Part shown: positions 13,791 to 27,665 of the stretch, piece after piece | Numbering within the stretch: the stretch's first letter is position 1 | Layout: every line of letters starts with the position of its first letter | Assembly (NCBI RefSeq): GCF_004010195.1 | Contig: NC_057719.1 | Coordinates: forward strand, 20,225,433-20,289,432 | Length of the DNA stretch: 64,000 nucleotides | Direction: 5' to 3' | DNA from: Chiloscyllium plagiosum | Taxonomy: Eukaryota | Made by a program: the position numbers and the translations under genes | The notes under the pieces: model-generated | Told to the model about the DNA's origin: nothing | Database searches by the model: none | Seen by the model: the letters and a program-made list of their open reading frames with translations, nothing else

Positions 13791-14074
13791 CTTGAAATAG
13801 GGTGCTAGGAAGAGTGCAGCAGAAAATATGTGGATTTTCAGAAATTTAAGAGGGCTGGTGCACAGTTTTAAAGTGATTTGCAATAGGACAAGATGTAACA
13901 CAACAAGAAGTATTTTCATGCAGTGAGCTTATGGAGTGCACTGCCTGGAAATGTGGTGGAGGTGGGTTTCATTGAAGCATTCAAGAGGGTGTTGGATGTT
14001 TATTTGAAAAGAAATAATGTGCAAGGGTATGGGGTAAATGCAATAAATTAGCAATAGGTAATGATATTCATTTG

Positions 14075-15243
14075 AAGACATAGAGTCATAGAGATGTACA
14101 GCACAGAAATAGACTCGTTGGTCCAACTCGTTCATGCCGACCAGAAATCTTAACCTAATCTAGTCCTACTTGCTAGCACTTGGGCCATATCCCTCTAACC
14201 CCTTCCTATTCATATACCCATTTAGATGCCTCTTAAATGCTGTAATTATACCAGCATCCACCACTTCCTCTGGCAGCTCATTTCATACACACACCACCCT
14301 TTGTGTGAAAATGTTGCCCCATAGGTCCCTTTTACATCTTTCCTCTTTCACCCTAAACCTATGTCTTCTAGTTCTGGATTCCCCACCCCAGGGAAAAGAC
14401 CTTATCTACTTCTCCTATCTATGTCCCTCATGATTTTATAAACTTCTATAAGGTCACCCCTTGGCCTCTGATGCTCCAAGGTAAACAGCCCTAGCCTATT
14501 CAGCCCCTCCCTATAGCTCACATCCTCCAGACCCAGCAACATCCTTGTAAATCCTTTTTGAACTCTTTCAAGTTTCACAACTCTTTCAAGTTTCCAAAAG
14601 TGGCCTAACCAATGTCTTGTGCAGCCTTAACATAACCTCCCAACTCCTATACGCAATACTCTGACCAATAAAGGAAAGCATACCAAACCCCTTCTTCACT
14701 ATCCTATCTACCTGTGACTTCACTTTCAAGGAGCTGTGAACCCGCACTCCAAGGTCTACATGATCTGCAACACTCCCCACGTCCTTAACTTTAACTGGGT
14801 AAGTCCTGCCCTGATTTGCTTTACCAAAATGCTATGCCTTGCATTTATCTAAATTAAATGCCATCCGCCACTCCTCAGCCCATTTGCCCATCTGATCAAG
14901 ATTCCATTGTATTCTGAGATAACCTTCTTCGCTGTCCACAACACCTCCAATTTTGGAGTCATCTGCAAACTTATTAACTATACCTCCAATGTTCACATCC
15001 AAATCATTTGTATAAATGACAAAAAGTAGAGGACCCAGCACCAATCCTTGTAGCACTCCACTGGTCACAGGCCTCCAGTCTGAAAAGCAACCCTCCACCA
15101 CCACCCTCTGTATTCTACCTTCGAGTCAGTTCTGTATCCAAATGGCTAGTTATCCCTGTATTCCATGAGATCTAACCTTGCTAACCAGTAACCCATGAGG
15201 AACCTTGTCGAACAGCTTACAGAAGTACATATAGATCACGTCA
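14075..15243 (-). mobile_element. CR1 LINE, 5'-truncated
   Basis: ORF 14832-15104 has VTSGVLQGLVLGPLLFVIYTNDLD...KFADD; CATAGAGTCATAGAG tail. Confidence 0.95.
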
Positions 15244-15244
15244 A

Positions 15245-18200
15245 TGATAAGCAAAATGGCTTCGTTTTGTGTTTTAAACTTGCGTGATTCTGCAACTTAC
15301 TAAATGAAAAGGTTTTTAATAAAATGGTCCTGCAGCTTTGTATTGCTACCTTCTATTCACTGCTGGTCTGGGACTGAAAGGAGGGCTGAGATAGAATTGA
15401 ACTTTTTCTACTCCACTACTGTGGAGCAGCTACAGAGTTAAGTAAAAAGAAAGAGCAATTGTTGCATTCTTGCTATGAGTGCTGGAGAAAGAGAACAAAA
15501 AATTGTACTGCAGCCTAAATGTCAGAGAAGTAGTACTGCCAGATAGGAGAGTTATTGAAGTCACACTTTGAACCCCATATTAATATTGCTTATGCCAGTT
15601 GCTCAACATGAGAGTTCCAGTGGAGGGGAAGGACTATTGATCAGTATGTGATTACATTGATAGACTAAGCAGAATCCTGAGTTTAAAAAACTAAAAGGTG
15701 ATCTCACCAGGAATGGGATTGCCTTTAGTATTAGAGATCCTGCTGTGACAGCTCATCTGCCGAGTGAGGAGAAACTTATTCTCAAAGAAGCTATGAGATT
15801 ATCAATCATAAGCATGACCATCATTGGTAGAATAAGTAATGTGTCTTTACATTGTGCTGAGAGAAATTCAAGGTCATATGAGAGCAGCATATTCAAGAAG
15901 AGTAGCATATATTTGCAGAAAAGTGAGCATAAAACTCGAAACCAGAGCCAGGATGTAAATATTGTTGAGGAAATCATATAAGAGAAAGGAAAGCAGGTCT
16001 AGTGTGAGATTAACAGTGCTTCACTTGTGGGATGCTGAATCACATTACACTCAGGTGCTTAGCCAGAAGGAAGCAAAAGAAAGCTATAAAATGGTTGTTG
16101 GAGACACATTAGCTGATCGTTCTGATGGCTCACTCTCCAAGTCAACAAAGCTTGTGGTGTTGCACTGTTGTCCATCTAAAAAATTAGGCTCACTAGGTGC
16201 CCTCCCTCTGTAGTCATCAAACCTTTCACCATCTGATTATGCAACCCTGTTGAACAAAATAGCATGGATTATGTCGACAGGATCATTGGTACACATCAGT
16301 ACCAATGATGTAGGGAGGAGGCCCTGGAAAGAGAGTACGCGGGTTGGGTTAGAAGCTAGAAGTCAGGACGAGCAGAATAGTTATGTCAGGATTGTTACTG
16401 GTGCCATGTACCAGTCAAGCTCGGAATAGAGACCGATTGCAGCTGAACATGTGGTTGCAGGACTGATGTCGGAGGGAGGGCTTCAGATACGTGGATCATT
16501 GGGATATCTTCTGGGGAAAGTGGGACCTGTACAAGAAGGACAGGTTGCACCAGAACTGGAGAGGAACCAATATCCTGAGTGGGAGATTTGCTAAGGCTCT
16601 TTGGGAGGGTTTAAACTAGATTGGGAAGGGGGGAGGGGGTGAAAACCTGAGCGATGGATCAGAGGAAGGAGTAGGTAGTGAACAGCCAGATGCAGCATGC
16701 AGAGCGTCTGTGAGGAGGGTTAGGAACTTGATAGGGCAAAGGTGCAGTCAGTGTGACGGGTTGAAGTGTGTCTATTTTGATGCAAGAAGTATCAGGAATA
16801 AAGGTGACGAACTCAGAGCATGGATCAGTGCTTGGAACTATGATGTTGTAGCAAATACAGAGACTTGGATGTCACAGGGAAAGGAATGGTTGTTGGATGT
16901 TCCAGGGTTTAGATTCAAAAGGAATAGGAGGGGAGGTAAAAGAGGTCGAGGAGCGGCATTGCTAATCAGGGATAATATCACAGCTGCAGAAATGGAGATC
17001 ATCAAAGAGGGTTTGTCTACAGAGTCAGTATGGGTGGAAATCAGAAACAGGAAAGGAGCAGTCACTTTATTGGGAGTTTTCTACAGCCCCCTTAATAGCA
17101 ACAGAGACACAGAGGAGCAGATTTGGAGACAGATTTTGGAAATGTGTAGAAGTAACAGGGTTGTTGTCATGGGTGAATTTAAGTTCCCTAATATTGATTG
17201 AAACCTCCTTAGTCCAAATAGTTTGAATGGAGCAGTTTATGTCAGGTGTTTAAAGGTCCCTGGCGCATTATGTAGATAGACCAACTTAAAGGAGACGCCA
17301 TATTGGATTTAGTGCTTGGCAATGAAACATGCCAGATGTCAGATCTCTCGGTGGGAGAACATTTCGGTGATAGTGATCACAACTCCATGACCTTTATTAT
17401 ACTCACAGAAAGGGATAGGAGCAAACAGTATGAGAAAGTATTTAATTGGGGGAGTGTGGATTACAATGCTATTAGATAGGAATTGGGGTGCCTAAACTGG
17501 GAACAGATGTTCTCAGGGAAATGCATGACAGAAATGTGGAGATTGTTTATGAATCACTTGCTGATATTTCTGGACAGGTTTGTCCCACTGAGGCAAGGAA
17601 GGGATGATAGGTTGAAAGAGCTTTGGGTGACAAGGGATGTGGAACATCTAGTCAAGAGGAAGAAGAAAGCTTACTTAAGGTTGAGGAGGCAAGTATCAGA
17701 CGAAGCTTTAGGAGTTACAAGCTAGCCAGGAAGGACCTGAAGAATGGATTTAGGAGAACTAGAAGGGGGCATGAAAAAGCTATAGTGAGTAGGATTAGGA
17801 AAACCCTAAGGCATTCTACACTTGTGTGAGGAACAAGAATATGGTCAGAGTGAGGGTAGAGTCGATCAGGGATAGTGGAGAGAACTTGCGCCTGGAGTCG
17901 GGGGAAGTAGGGAAGGTCCTTATTGAATGCTTTGCTTCAGTATTCACTACTGAGAGGGACCTTGATGTTTCTGAGGATAGCATGAAACAGACCGATATGC
18001 TGGAACAGGTTGATGTTAGGAAGGAGGATGTGCTTAAAATTTTGAAAAGCATAAGGATAGATACATCCCCTCGGCCAGACAAGTTATTGCTGAGGTTATT
18101 ACAGAAAGCAAGGAAAGAGATTGCTGCACCTTTGGCGATAATCTTTGTCTCCTCACTTTCCACTGGAGTAGTGCCAGATGATTGGAGAGTGACATTCCCT

Positions 18201-21050
18201 TGTTCATGAAAGGGAATAGGGATAATCCTGGGAACTAAAGACCAGTCAGTCTTATGTGAGTGGTGGGAAATGTATTGGAGATGACTCTGAGAGACGGGAT
18301 GTATGATTACTTGGAAAACCATAGTTTGATTAGAGATAGTCAGCATGGCACTGTGAGGGGCAGGTTATGCCTCACAAGTCTTATTGAATCCTTTGAGGAT
18401 GTGACAAAACACATTGATGAAGGTAGAGCAGTGGATGTGGTGTACACGGATTTTAGCAAAGCTTTTAATAAGGTTCTCGACACTAGGCTCATTCAGAAAG
18501 TAAGGAGCATGGGATACAGACAAACCTGATTGTGTGAATACAAAATTGACTGGCCCATAGAAGTCAGAGGATGGTGGTAGATGGAAAGAATACAGCCTGG
18601 AGCTTGGTGACTAGTGGCATTTGGCAGGGATCTGTTCTGGGACCTTTGCGCATTATGACTTTTATAATTGACTTTGATGAGAAAGTGGAAGAGTGGGTTA
18701 GTAAGTTTGCCAATGACAAAGGTTGGTGGAGTTGAGGATAGTGTGGAGGGCTGTTGTAAGTTGCAATGAGGCATTGACAGAATGCAGAACTGGGCTGTGA
18801 AGTGACAGAATGAGTTCAACCTGGAAAAGCATGAAGTCATTCACTTTGGAAGGTTGAATTTGAAAGCAGAATATAGCGTTAAAGGCAAGATTCTTGGCAG
18901 CATGGAGGAACAGAGGGATCTTAGGGCCCATGTCCATAGATCACTCAAAGTTGCCACCAAGGTTGGTAGGGTTGTTAAAAAGTGGTATGATGTGTTGGCG
19001 TTATAGCTATATAATTATGCTGCAGGTCTATAGAGTTCTGGTTCGACCACATTTGGAATATTGTGTTCAGCTCTCGTTGCCTCATTATAGGATGAATGTG
19101 GAAGTTTTACAGAGGGTGCAGAGATGATTTATTATGATTCTGCATGGACTGGAGGGTATGTCTTATGAAGGTTGAGGGAGCTAGGGCTTTTCTCATTGGA
19201 GTGAAGAAGGATGAGAGGTGACTTGATAGCTGTTGAAAGGCATAGATAGTGGATAGCCAGAGGCTCTTTCCCATGGTGGAAATAACTATCACGAGGGGGC
19301 ACAATTTTAAGGTAATTGGAGGAAGATTTAGGGGAGATGTCAGAGGGAGGTTCTTTACTCAGAAAGTGGAATGCACTGTCAACAGTGGTAGCAGAATCAG
19401 ATACAAACCAGATGTTTATGTGACGCTTGAATATGCATATGGAAGTTAGTACAATGAAGGGTACATCGGTTAATGCCCTTTTATTGGTAGGATAAAAGGA
19501 CAGCATAATATCAAAGGTCAAAGGACCTGTGCTGAGCTGTACTGTTCTATATTCTATATTCTATGACTTGTCAGAATCATTACCACAGAAAGTGCCAAAG
19601 AAACTGTAGGTTGAGAGAGAACAAAGATAATTTTTTCAAGTCCAATATGACACTTCTTTAGACTGGGGTTTGAAAAGGGCTTCATCTCAATTTTGTTAAC
19701 GTGAGAGCTTTAACAGAGATACTATGTAAAAGCAGTATAATGATTTGTGAACTATTTCGCAAAGTTTTTGACTAATCTGTCATCAGAATGTTTGCCTCTG
19801 TGGTATCTCAGTGCTTAGGATATCAAGTGATATTGGGCACATTGCAAAAAAATGTAAAAAGAATCAAACAACCAGTACCAGTGTTGAGGTACAATAACAT
19901 AAATAATAAAGTCAGCTTGCAATGTGATACCAGTGAGATTGGACATGGACCAACCATGTGGAGTAAGAGCAATAAATTGCATTTGCATTCAGGGCATGAA
20001 TGTAAACCAAACTGTGCTATGTTCAGTTTGAGGGGGAAAAAAAGCATCTGACAATTGATTTTGTTTGTGAACAATTCAATCTCTACCTGTTTGGGAGATA
20101 CATAGTGACAGTGAAGTCCAACCACGTGCCACTTTGAAATATTTTCTTCAAACTGTTTCCATCGTTTCCAAAACATGTTCAAAGAACTCTGCTTTGTTCC
20201 AAGAGATGGATGTGATATACAAGCAAAGGAAACAGACACTTGTTGTTGACATCCGTTAAAAGGAACATAGGAACATGAGAAAGCCATTCAGCCCCTCAAA
20301 GCCATTCTGCTATTCAATGAGATTATGGCTGATCTGTGGCCTTACTATATATTCCTGTATTTGGTCCATATTCCTTATAACTTTGAATAAAAAAGTGTAT
20401 TTATCTCAGATGTAAAATGATCTAGCACCAAATGCTGTTTGTGGAAAAGTATTCCAAACCTCTACCAAACCGTAAAAGTGCTTCTTAACATCTCCCCTGA
20501 ATGATCCGGCCCTATTGTTTAGACTATGACTCCCCCCAGATTGTAGAATCTCCAACCAGTGGAAATTGCTTAACTTTATCTACCTTCTCTTTTCTTGTTA
20601 ATATCTTAAAGACTTTGATCTTCTTAATAGAGCAACACTCCTTACGAAGGTTGAGATGTTAAAACAGTATATCAAATCTTCCAGATTCAAAAAGAAACAT
20701 CACTCTGGTGTGTGCTCTGGAAATCATCAATCCTGCAAAGACATTGAATCTGAAATAGAAATGTCTTGCTTAAATCAAGCAAAGAAATAACAAGATGTAA
20801 TTTCCCAGCACGGCAGGACATAGTGATCTAAGGATGACCTGAATGCAGCAAGGACATGCATGTTACTATAGGAGTGCATCAGGCATGTGGAGCTGAAGTG
20901 ATAGCCCAAGGTTACATCTTGTATGATGGGAGCCTAGTTATTATTCCTTAGGAAATGAGAAAAGAGATGTTGGAAGTGCATTACGGAATCAAGTGTAGTG
21001 TGTAGAAGGCAAAGATGTGCTCTCCTAGCCAAACAAGGGAAATGTGATAA
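15245..21050 (+). mobile_element. Decayed Gypsy-type LTR retrotransposon internal region (gag; RT/RNase H; integrase), interrupted by CR1 copies
   Basis: Gag-like segment 15300-15850; PVLRYNN..VSLQCDTSEIG (RNase H-like) in ORF 19788-20051; pre-integrase-like text ~20880-21050. Confidence 0.55.
16265..19565 (+). mobile_element. Near full-length CR1 LINE (SGNH-esterase ORF1 end, APE endonuclease, RT, 3' UTR), frameshifted
   Basis: HISTND (esterase-like); CVYFDARSIRNK...ETW...MGEFKFPNID (endonuclease); QHG..RGRLCLT...DFSKAF (RT); (TTCTA)n-like tail at ~19545-19565. Confidence 0.95.
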
Positions 21051-21619
21051 AAACAAAGCATTGTAGGTGCTGGAAATTTGAAACAAGCACAGAGGGCACT
21101 GAAAAAAGTTAACTTGTCTACATCTCAGTACAAACTGCTTGTGCCTTTGTGTGTGTGTGTCCAGCTATTTTCGTATCACTAGCAAATCTAATTAAATTGC
21201 ACTCTGCCCTATCCAACAATTAAGTAATGGAGGCCCTAAAAGAAATCCTTTTAGTCCTTCACTAATTATATCTTTCCAACCTGGAAATAGCCATTAATCC
21301 CAAATCTCCGTCTTTTGTGTATTAACCAGCCGATGGCCAATGTTTGAGCTTCCATTACTACACAGGCAGAAACCGCTCAATGTTTGAGCACTGTGGTTAA
21401 AGCTCAGACCAAGGGCATGAGTTCCCTGTTTTCTGCCACATAGGCTTTGACAGCTGCCTTCTTGGCTGCCAATGACAGTGCTCAAAAGTGCACAAGACTC
21501 TGAAAGCAATCCCATCCTCCAGAACATTACCAAGGTTCCAGCCTGAGGAATGGCTGTGGTTTCATGGCCCACAAACCTCTGCTGACCCAATGCCAAATGA
21601 CTCTCATCTGTAATCCAAA

Positions 21620-23335
21620 ACAGTTGGCAAGTGAAGCCTCAATGAAACAGGTCTCCTTCTGACTGGCCTTCCAAATCCTCTGACTTCTTGTCAACTTCTA
21701 TCGACACTCTCTTGTGAATATAAAGTATCTTCAAAACTTCTCCAGTAGCTCTCAACAATACTCTTGCACAAACAAAAGAAAATCAAAAGTTTCTCAACTT
21801 AAGGTGTATCTCATATGGAGCCTACTTCATTCCCTGAAAATACCATTATGCTCAGATAAAGGTCAAAGCTTTTGGGGTTTTATTATAAGAGCAAAGATAA
21901 ATTTGCACAAATAATGGCTGCACTATGGATCTTTTGTAATCTCATTTGCCAGTGTGTAATGTCATGAAGTTGAAGGTGTGTACTGTAACTTTGAGAAAGT
22001 GAATGTTGTTTTGCACTGAGAGCTTACAAGCACCTGTCATTTGACTAGCCAGCAGTCTCAGAGTATACTGGAAAATTGAAAACATGTAATGTTTGGCTGT
22101 GAAATAGATACCTAAGTTGGTTGCTGTTTTGACAGCAATTTGAATTTAACCAAGCAGTTTAAATTATGTTCCAGGATACCAAAACCCAATTGAGTTTGAA
22201 TTTATTCATTTTGCCAATAAAATCACTTATTGAACCAATGAGACAATCCGATGTTGAGGATATGAAAAAAGGCAAGCAGTTTGAAAGTCAAACAAAGCAA
22301 TTGCCATTTGAAATAATCTCTTTTAAAGATATCTTTTTCATATGAAACATCTTCACAGTATGATGAAAGAAGATGAGATCTTGAGTTGGAAGAAGATAAA
22401 CCGATGATAACTGCTGTATGATTTTGAAATTATGTTGATAATAATTGAATAAGTGTTTTATTGGAACAGTATATTGTTATAGAGTTGGAGGCAGAAAATA
22501 AGTGGTTAAGAGAAGAGGGGGCTTAGAGTTGTGAATAGTTGTTGTTGAATGTTTATTTTTAAGAGTCAAAAATAAATTGATATGATTTTCTTTGAATAGT
22601 GAAATTTGGATATTTCTCTGTCATTCATACTTTAACAGATTATGAGGCGAGCTGAGCTTTTCTGGGTGATTGGCTTAATTAACAGAAGGGTTCACCACCG
22701 TGTTGTAACAGTAGCTACACATTGCACCATATATTGCTTGCTATTTTTATTTTGGTTGGTTGCTAGTAGATCAAGCAATGTTAGTTATCCTGATATTGAA
22801 TGTAATGGCTCAGTTGGAAGTTCCATTACAGAAAATGTTTTATGGTTATTGATAGATCTATCAAGATATTGCAAGGACACCGAAACTGTAGCTACTGAGA
22901 GAGCTATGAACTACTGTGACTATTGGAGCAGACAGGCAAAGCACAGAGGAAAGGGTTAATTGTGAAAGGTTTTGGGGAGAGCAAATAATGCATGATTATT
23001 TTTGACTGTTTGATGGCAGGTGTCATCAGCTGCAGATTATTTTTAGCAAAAGAAGAAGATAAAACAGGATTCAGGGAAATGATCTTTATCTAGCAGGTAT
23101 ACAGTTGTATAGCACACAATGAAAAAAGATCAATGTATCATAAAATGGAGTATTGGATAGATATTTGAAGCAAAAAATGACATGAGAATACTGACAGAAC
23201 ATGGGGCAGTGAGTATAATCCTGGATTTAATAATGAATCAGCAGATATGAGGAGTTGAATTGTTTTTTTGAGATTATAGTCTTTGATCTGTTCTTGCAGT
23301 ATATTGGACACATGTTCCATGTCAGGGAAGTAAAA
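21620..23335 (+). pseudogene. Degenerate paramyxovirus receptor-binding protein (HN/H/G-like) EVE, copy 1, split by a solo LTR
   Basis: ORF 21714-21914 NFSSSSQQYSCT...LHSLKIPLCSDKGQSF (cf. Sendai HN NLITQGCADIGKSY); SVGSSITENVLW (22810; cf. SVGNGIATEGSLIF); EYNPGF and NCF..SLICSCSILD (23210-23310; cf. Nipah G ENPVF, NCFLLKNKIWCISLVE). Confidence 0.55.
21960..22710. mobile_element. Solo LTR (~750 bp)
   Basis: TGTCATGA...TTGTAACA termini; near-TSD GTAA/GTAG. Confidence 0.7.
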
Positions 23336-23959
23336 AAAAAGTGGATTCGGCAATGTAGTCATGTTTGTGCTTATTATGATTTGATGTCCCACATTTATCA
23401 TGCAGGATATTTTTAAAAGAAATGCCCTTGATATCACCAGCATATCGTAGCATGTTACCAAAGGCAATAAAGGTCTCAGGCTCCAACTGAGGCCATTTGA
23501 AAAATGACAACCTGATGAAAGTGAGCTACTGTTTGTCACCAAATAGTTTAATAATTATCCGGGTACGAAAGTACCTGTGACTGCAGTGCATATATTTATG
23601 AGGAGCTGTAATAAATATCTGTTGAATCTTTCAATGTCACATTATCCACATCTAGTTCTTATGTTGCCAGATTAGGTACAAATGCCCTGTTACAGGCAAA
23701 GACCACACCATGGTGGCAGTTGACTATTTGGTCTTTTTCTTTGGTTAAATTTTGCAAACTATTCCTCACGGTTGCTTCAAGAATGGTTAAATCATAAGTT
23801 GGTATACCATGTTCTTTCGATGAAAGCAATTTGAGAAATGCACAATTAGAATACAAAAAAAATTGATTATGTGAGGATTGTTTTTGAGTTTGTACTGCTA
23901 TCGGAGTCTTATGCATAAATGTCAAACATGTGAAATCAGAAACCGTTGTTACCAGTCTG

Positions 23960-25915
23960 TGAGTTATGGCTCAGCTGGTAGCAATAGAGGAGTGCTGCAC
24001 TGTTGAAGATGCTGCCTTGTGGTTGAGACGTCAAATCTGAGGCCCCAACTAGCCCTTTAGAAGTGAATCATCTAATTTAATTGAATCATTTATTGTCACG
24101 TGTATTCAATATAAAATTCTCACTAACTTTAAAGTAAAATAAAAAATAAAGAAGGATAACTTAAAGAGAATCCAACATTTCCTTCTCCGCTGCTACAGTC
24201 CCACTTCGGGCTTCACCAGCCCATGCCATGCCACCACCAGAGTCTTGCTCCAGGCTTCACCAGCCCACACTATGCTGCTACTAAACTCTTGCTCGAGGCT
24301 TCACCAGACCATACCATGCCGCTGCCAGATTCCCATTCCTGGCTTCACAGGGTGGCCGACTCTGTAGTCACACTGTCTCTGAAGGCACTGTCGCTGTTAT
24401 GGAACCAATCAAAGTTGCCTTCATGCTGAAGAGCTCTCTTTATCAGGGGCATGTAAAAATCCAGTTACACTTCACTAGATTAGATTCCATACAGTGTGGA
24501 AACAGGCCCTTCAGCCCAACAAGTCCACACTGACCCTCCAAAGACTATCCCACCCAGACCCATTTCCCTCTGACTAATGCACCTAACACTATGGGCAATT
24601 TAGCACGGCCAATTCACCTAACCTGCACATCTTTGGACTGTGGGAGGAAACCGGAGCAAACCCACGCAGACACAGGGAGAGTGTACAAACTCCAGTTGCC
24701 CGAGGCGGGAATTGAACCCGGGTCCCTGGCGGTGAGGCAGCAGTGCTAACCACTGAGCCACCATGCCACCCCATATTGAAGAAGCTCTAGTGTAGTTATT
24801 TCAATATTTATTTCTTAATCTACACAACAGAGATTGACTATTTTGAACACTATTTTGAATCCCTTGTGGCCATGGGATTCGAATGAAACACCTCTATATA
24901 TGCATATACACGGTAGGAGCAGAAGTGTGGGCTCTTTGGCCTACCAGGCTGACTCAGCTATTCAAAAAGATCATGGCTGATCTGTTTGGGTTGCATTCTA
25001 CCTTCCCTCTAGCCCTATAATATTCTGAGAGAGAAAAAAAAACTCATTTCTGTCATAAATGCATCAGTATCCTTCCTTAATTAAGATGTGGAGATGCAGG
25101 TGTTGAACTGGGATGGACAAGGTTAAAAATCAAACGCCACCAGGTTATAGTCCAACAGGTTTATTTCAAATTGCAAGCTTTCAGAGCTCAGAAGCTTCTT
25201 CAGGCATGGTTTATGTAGGAGACCAATACTACGTGCAATATGCCAATGCCCTATGTTAGAAATGAAACATAACATGCTTATTTTTAGGTTCAGTTCCTCT
25301 CATAATATAGGACAGAACTCCATTAGCCTTCTGATTGCTGTACATGTATATTAATCTTTTGTGATTCATGCACTAGAAAGGCTAGATATTTCTGCATGTC
25401 TGAATTCTGCAATCATTCTCCCATTAAAACAGTTTTTAATCTTTTTGCTCAAGTGAACAACTGCTCATTTCTCACATCATATTCCATGTGCCAGATTTTG
25501 ACCACTAGTTCAACCTGTCTGCACACATCTGAAATCTCCTTATATCTGCTTCACAATATGTGAGGTGAGATAAAATCTTTTCAGACAGGGATTGGTTTAG
25601 GTTTGGATTACACTGTACATGTTATGGTGTTGAATACAATTGATGCAATCAAGAGATAATTGGATTATTTTTAAATTGAAACAATGTAAAGGGTTATGAG
25701 GAAAAGGCAGGAGTTTGGTGTTAAGTCACAATGTTTAATAAGCTTTTCTAGACATAATGGGTCAATTGATCTCCTTTATCACCCTAACGATTCTGTGATA
25801 ATTATCACACTGCTGTATGAGGGAACTGGCTGTGTTACTGGCATTTGAGCAATTGCTGCACTTATAAAATATCTGTTTCTGTAAACATTGCAACATAAAT
25901 GCAAGTCTTTCTTTC
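23960..25915 (+). mobile_element. Deu-domain SINE (SacSINE1/AmnSINE-like) fragmented by nested insertions
   Basis: GGCTCAGCTGGTAGCA head; GAGTGCTGCACTGTTGAAGATGCTG..GAGACGTCAAATCTGAGGCCCC Deu core; ATAAATGCAAGTCTTTCTTT tail. Confidence 0.6.
24476..24773 (-). mobile_element. HE1-type SINE, full length
   Basis: tRNA-like head (revcomp GGGTGGCATGGTGGCTCAGTGGTTAGCACTGCTGCCTCAC) and CR1-like tail. Confidence 0.95.
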
Positions 25916-26599
25916 TATTTTATTTTTTGGTCACTGGACTGTTAATCCAGAGAACCAGATGATGTTCTGGGGACCTGGGTTTGAATCCCACCACGGCAGA
26001 TGGTGTAATTTGAGTTCAATAGATATATGAAATTAAGACTCTAATGATGAGCATGAATTGATTCGGGAAGGAAACCACCATCCTTACCTAATCCAGCCTA
26101 CTGGAATGGGCAATAAATGCTGCCCAGCCAGCAACACCCTCATCCTGTGAATGAATAAATAAAAAAGATGCTGAAGAAAATACTGGGCACTGATGTTCTA
26201 TGATGAACTTTATGCAGCTGGGAGACAGAAAGCATTGACAACCTAAACTAAATGACTCTAAAACATAACTCGACAAAAATTTCCTTCCTTTAAATTTATG
26301 GTTATCAATAATTGTGGACACCATAAGGATATCATGAGAGTAAAAGCTTATTGCCAGTGGATGGGCATTGCCATATGTCAGAGCACAATCTACTGCAGTG
26401 ACGTATATCAATGTTAAATTTTGCTGCTTTGCATATTCAGAAATCAGAAAGTGAAACATACGTTTCTTTTTAACCCCATCCCAGCCATCAGTACATAGTA
26501 ACTATATCTCGCATAATATCTGTTTTATGTTACTTTTCACTTGATTATTTATCAACCTAGTTACTTAAGCTATCCTGTAATGAAAATATTAACTCAGTG

Positions 26600-26798
26600 A
26601 AAACTGAAAAGACTACGGATGCTGCAAACCAGAAACAAAAACAGAAATTGCTGGAAAAGCTCAGCGGTCTGGTTACGCCTATGAAGAAAAATCAGAGTTG
26701 AGAAAGGGTCATCAGACTGAAAACGTTAATTCTGATTTCACTTCAGAGATGTTGCCTGACTTTCTGAACTTTTCCAGCAATTTCTGTTTTTGTTTTTG
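26600..26798. mobile_element. Fold-back non-autonomous element with 14-bp TSD
   Basis: ATATTAACTCAGTG at 26586-26599 and 26799-26812; inverted arms AAAACAGAAATTGCTGGAAAAG / CTTTTCCAGCAATTTCTGTTTT. Confidence 0.85.
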
Positions 26799-27665
26799 AT
26801 ATTAACTCAGTGTTTGGGTGAATGTTTGGAAAAGAGCATCAACTATTTGGTTTTTGTTGGGTTAGACTTTTGAAACAATTCATTCCAATCCTACTAATTC
26901 ATTAAGATAGAAATGGCCGAATGCATTCTAAAGTTGCATGCTTTAAAATCTTTATCAAACATAAACTATCTATTTCTAATTGTATTTATTTATTACTTTG
27001 ATGGAAAGTTAATCTAACAGGAACAGTATACGGTTTGATGCAGAACACAGGTGTTTGAAGTGGAGGTGTAAAATGGCAGAAAGTTGGCACGCCTGATCAT
27101 AGTTAGGTTTGAATCTGAGCAGATTTTCATTGATGCCTTCAGATCAATGCCAAACACAAGATTTGGCTGCATGACTGAGCCAGTTGGAATGATCTCAAGC
27201 AGGAAGCTAATAACACAGACAAGTATGTTACGGACTTGTCAAAGATGAAACAGCAATACAGTCTTCATCTGGTTCTGTAAAGGCAGATGATATTTTCAGC
27301 TGCAGAATACTATACCCCATTATACCAGCTAAATATTAGCTTTGATTCATTGACTTGGCCTAATCAGTAACTGATAAAAATTGTCAAATGAGCATAACTA
27401 CACTGGTAAATGTGGGATTATCCAGCATATAAAGTTTATCTCCAATCTCAGATGCAACTTGGAACAAACTTTGTAATTAAATACATAACTCTCCATCAAC
27501 TCCAAATGTTTCCTAGACAGTTTCAAAGGTTTGTTGGAAGATACTAGAATATGTTGCCAACAGTTTTTTGGTTAGGCCTTTTCTATTTAAGTCATTCCAC
27601 CTTTCAGCATAACATTTCAGTCTCTGTGCTTTTGGAATGCAGAGAATGAGATATTATCTCAGTAT

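Noticed and set aside
21250..21600. Minus-strand nucleotidyltransferase-like peptide (AVKAYVAENRELMPLV)
   Set aside because: The + strand shows Ala/Gln/Thr-rich text more like Harbinger accessory ORF remnants, and no catalytic motif is present.
23138..23925. Minus-strand ORFs with L-like peptides (GIPTYDLTILEA, KWPQLE)
   Set aside because: Motif spacing needs several large gaps, and the + strand reading (RBP end, A tract, L start) fits the surrounding context better. Not fully excluded without a profile search.
27200..27660. Minus-strand reading resembling a pneumo/paramyxovirus N (GELCI*LQSLF..YMLDNP..LAGIMGY)
   Set aside because: It overlaps the + strand L motifs A-C, which continue collinearly on both sides, and its stop density is unremarkable. 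This shows that by-eye matches can mislead.
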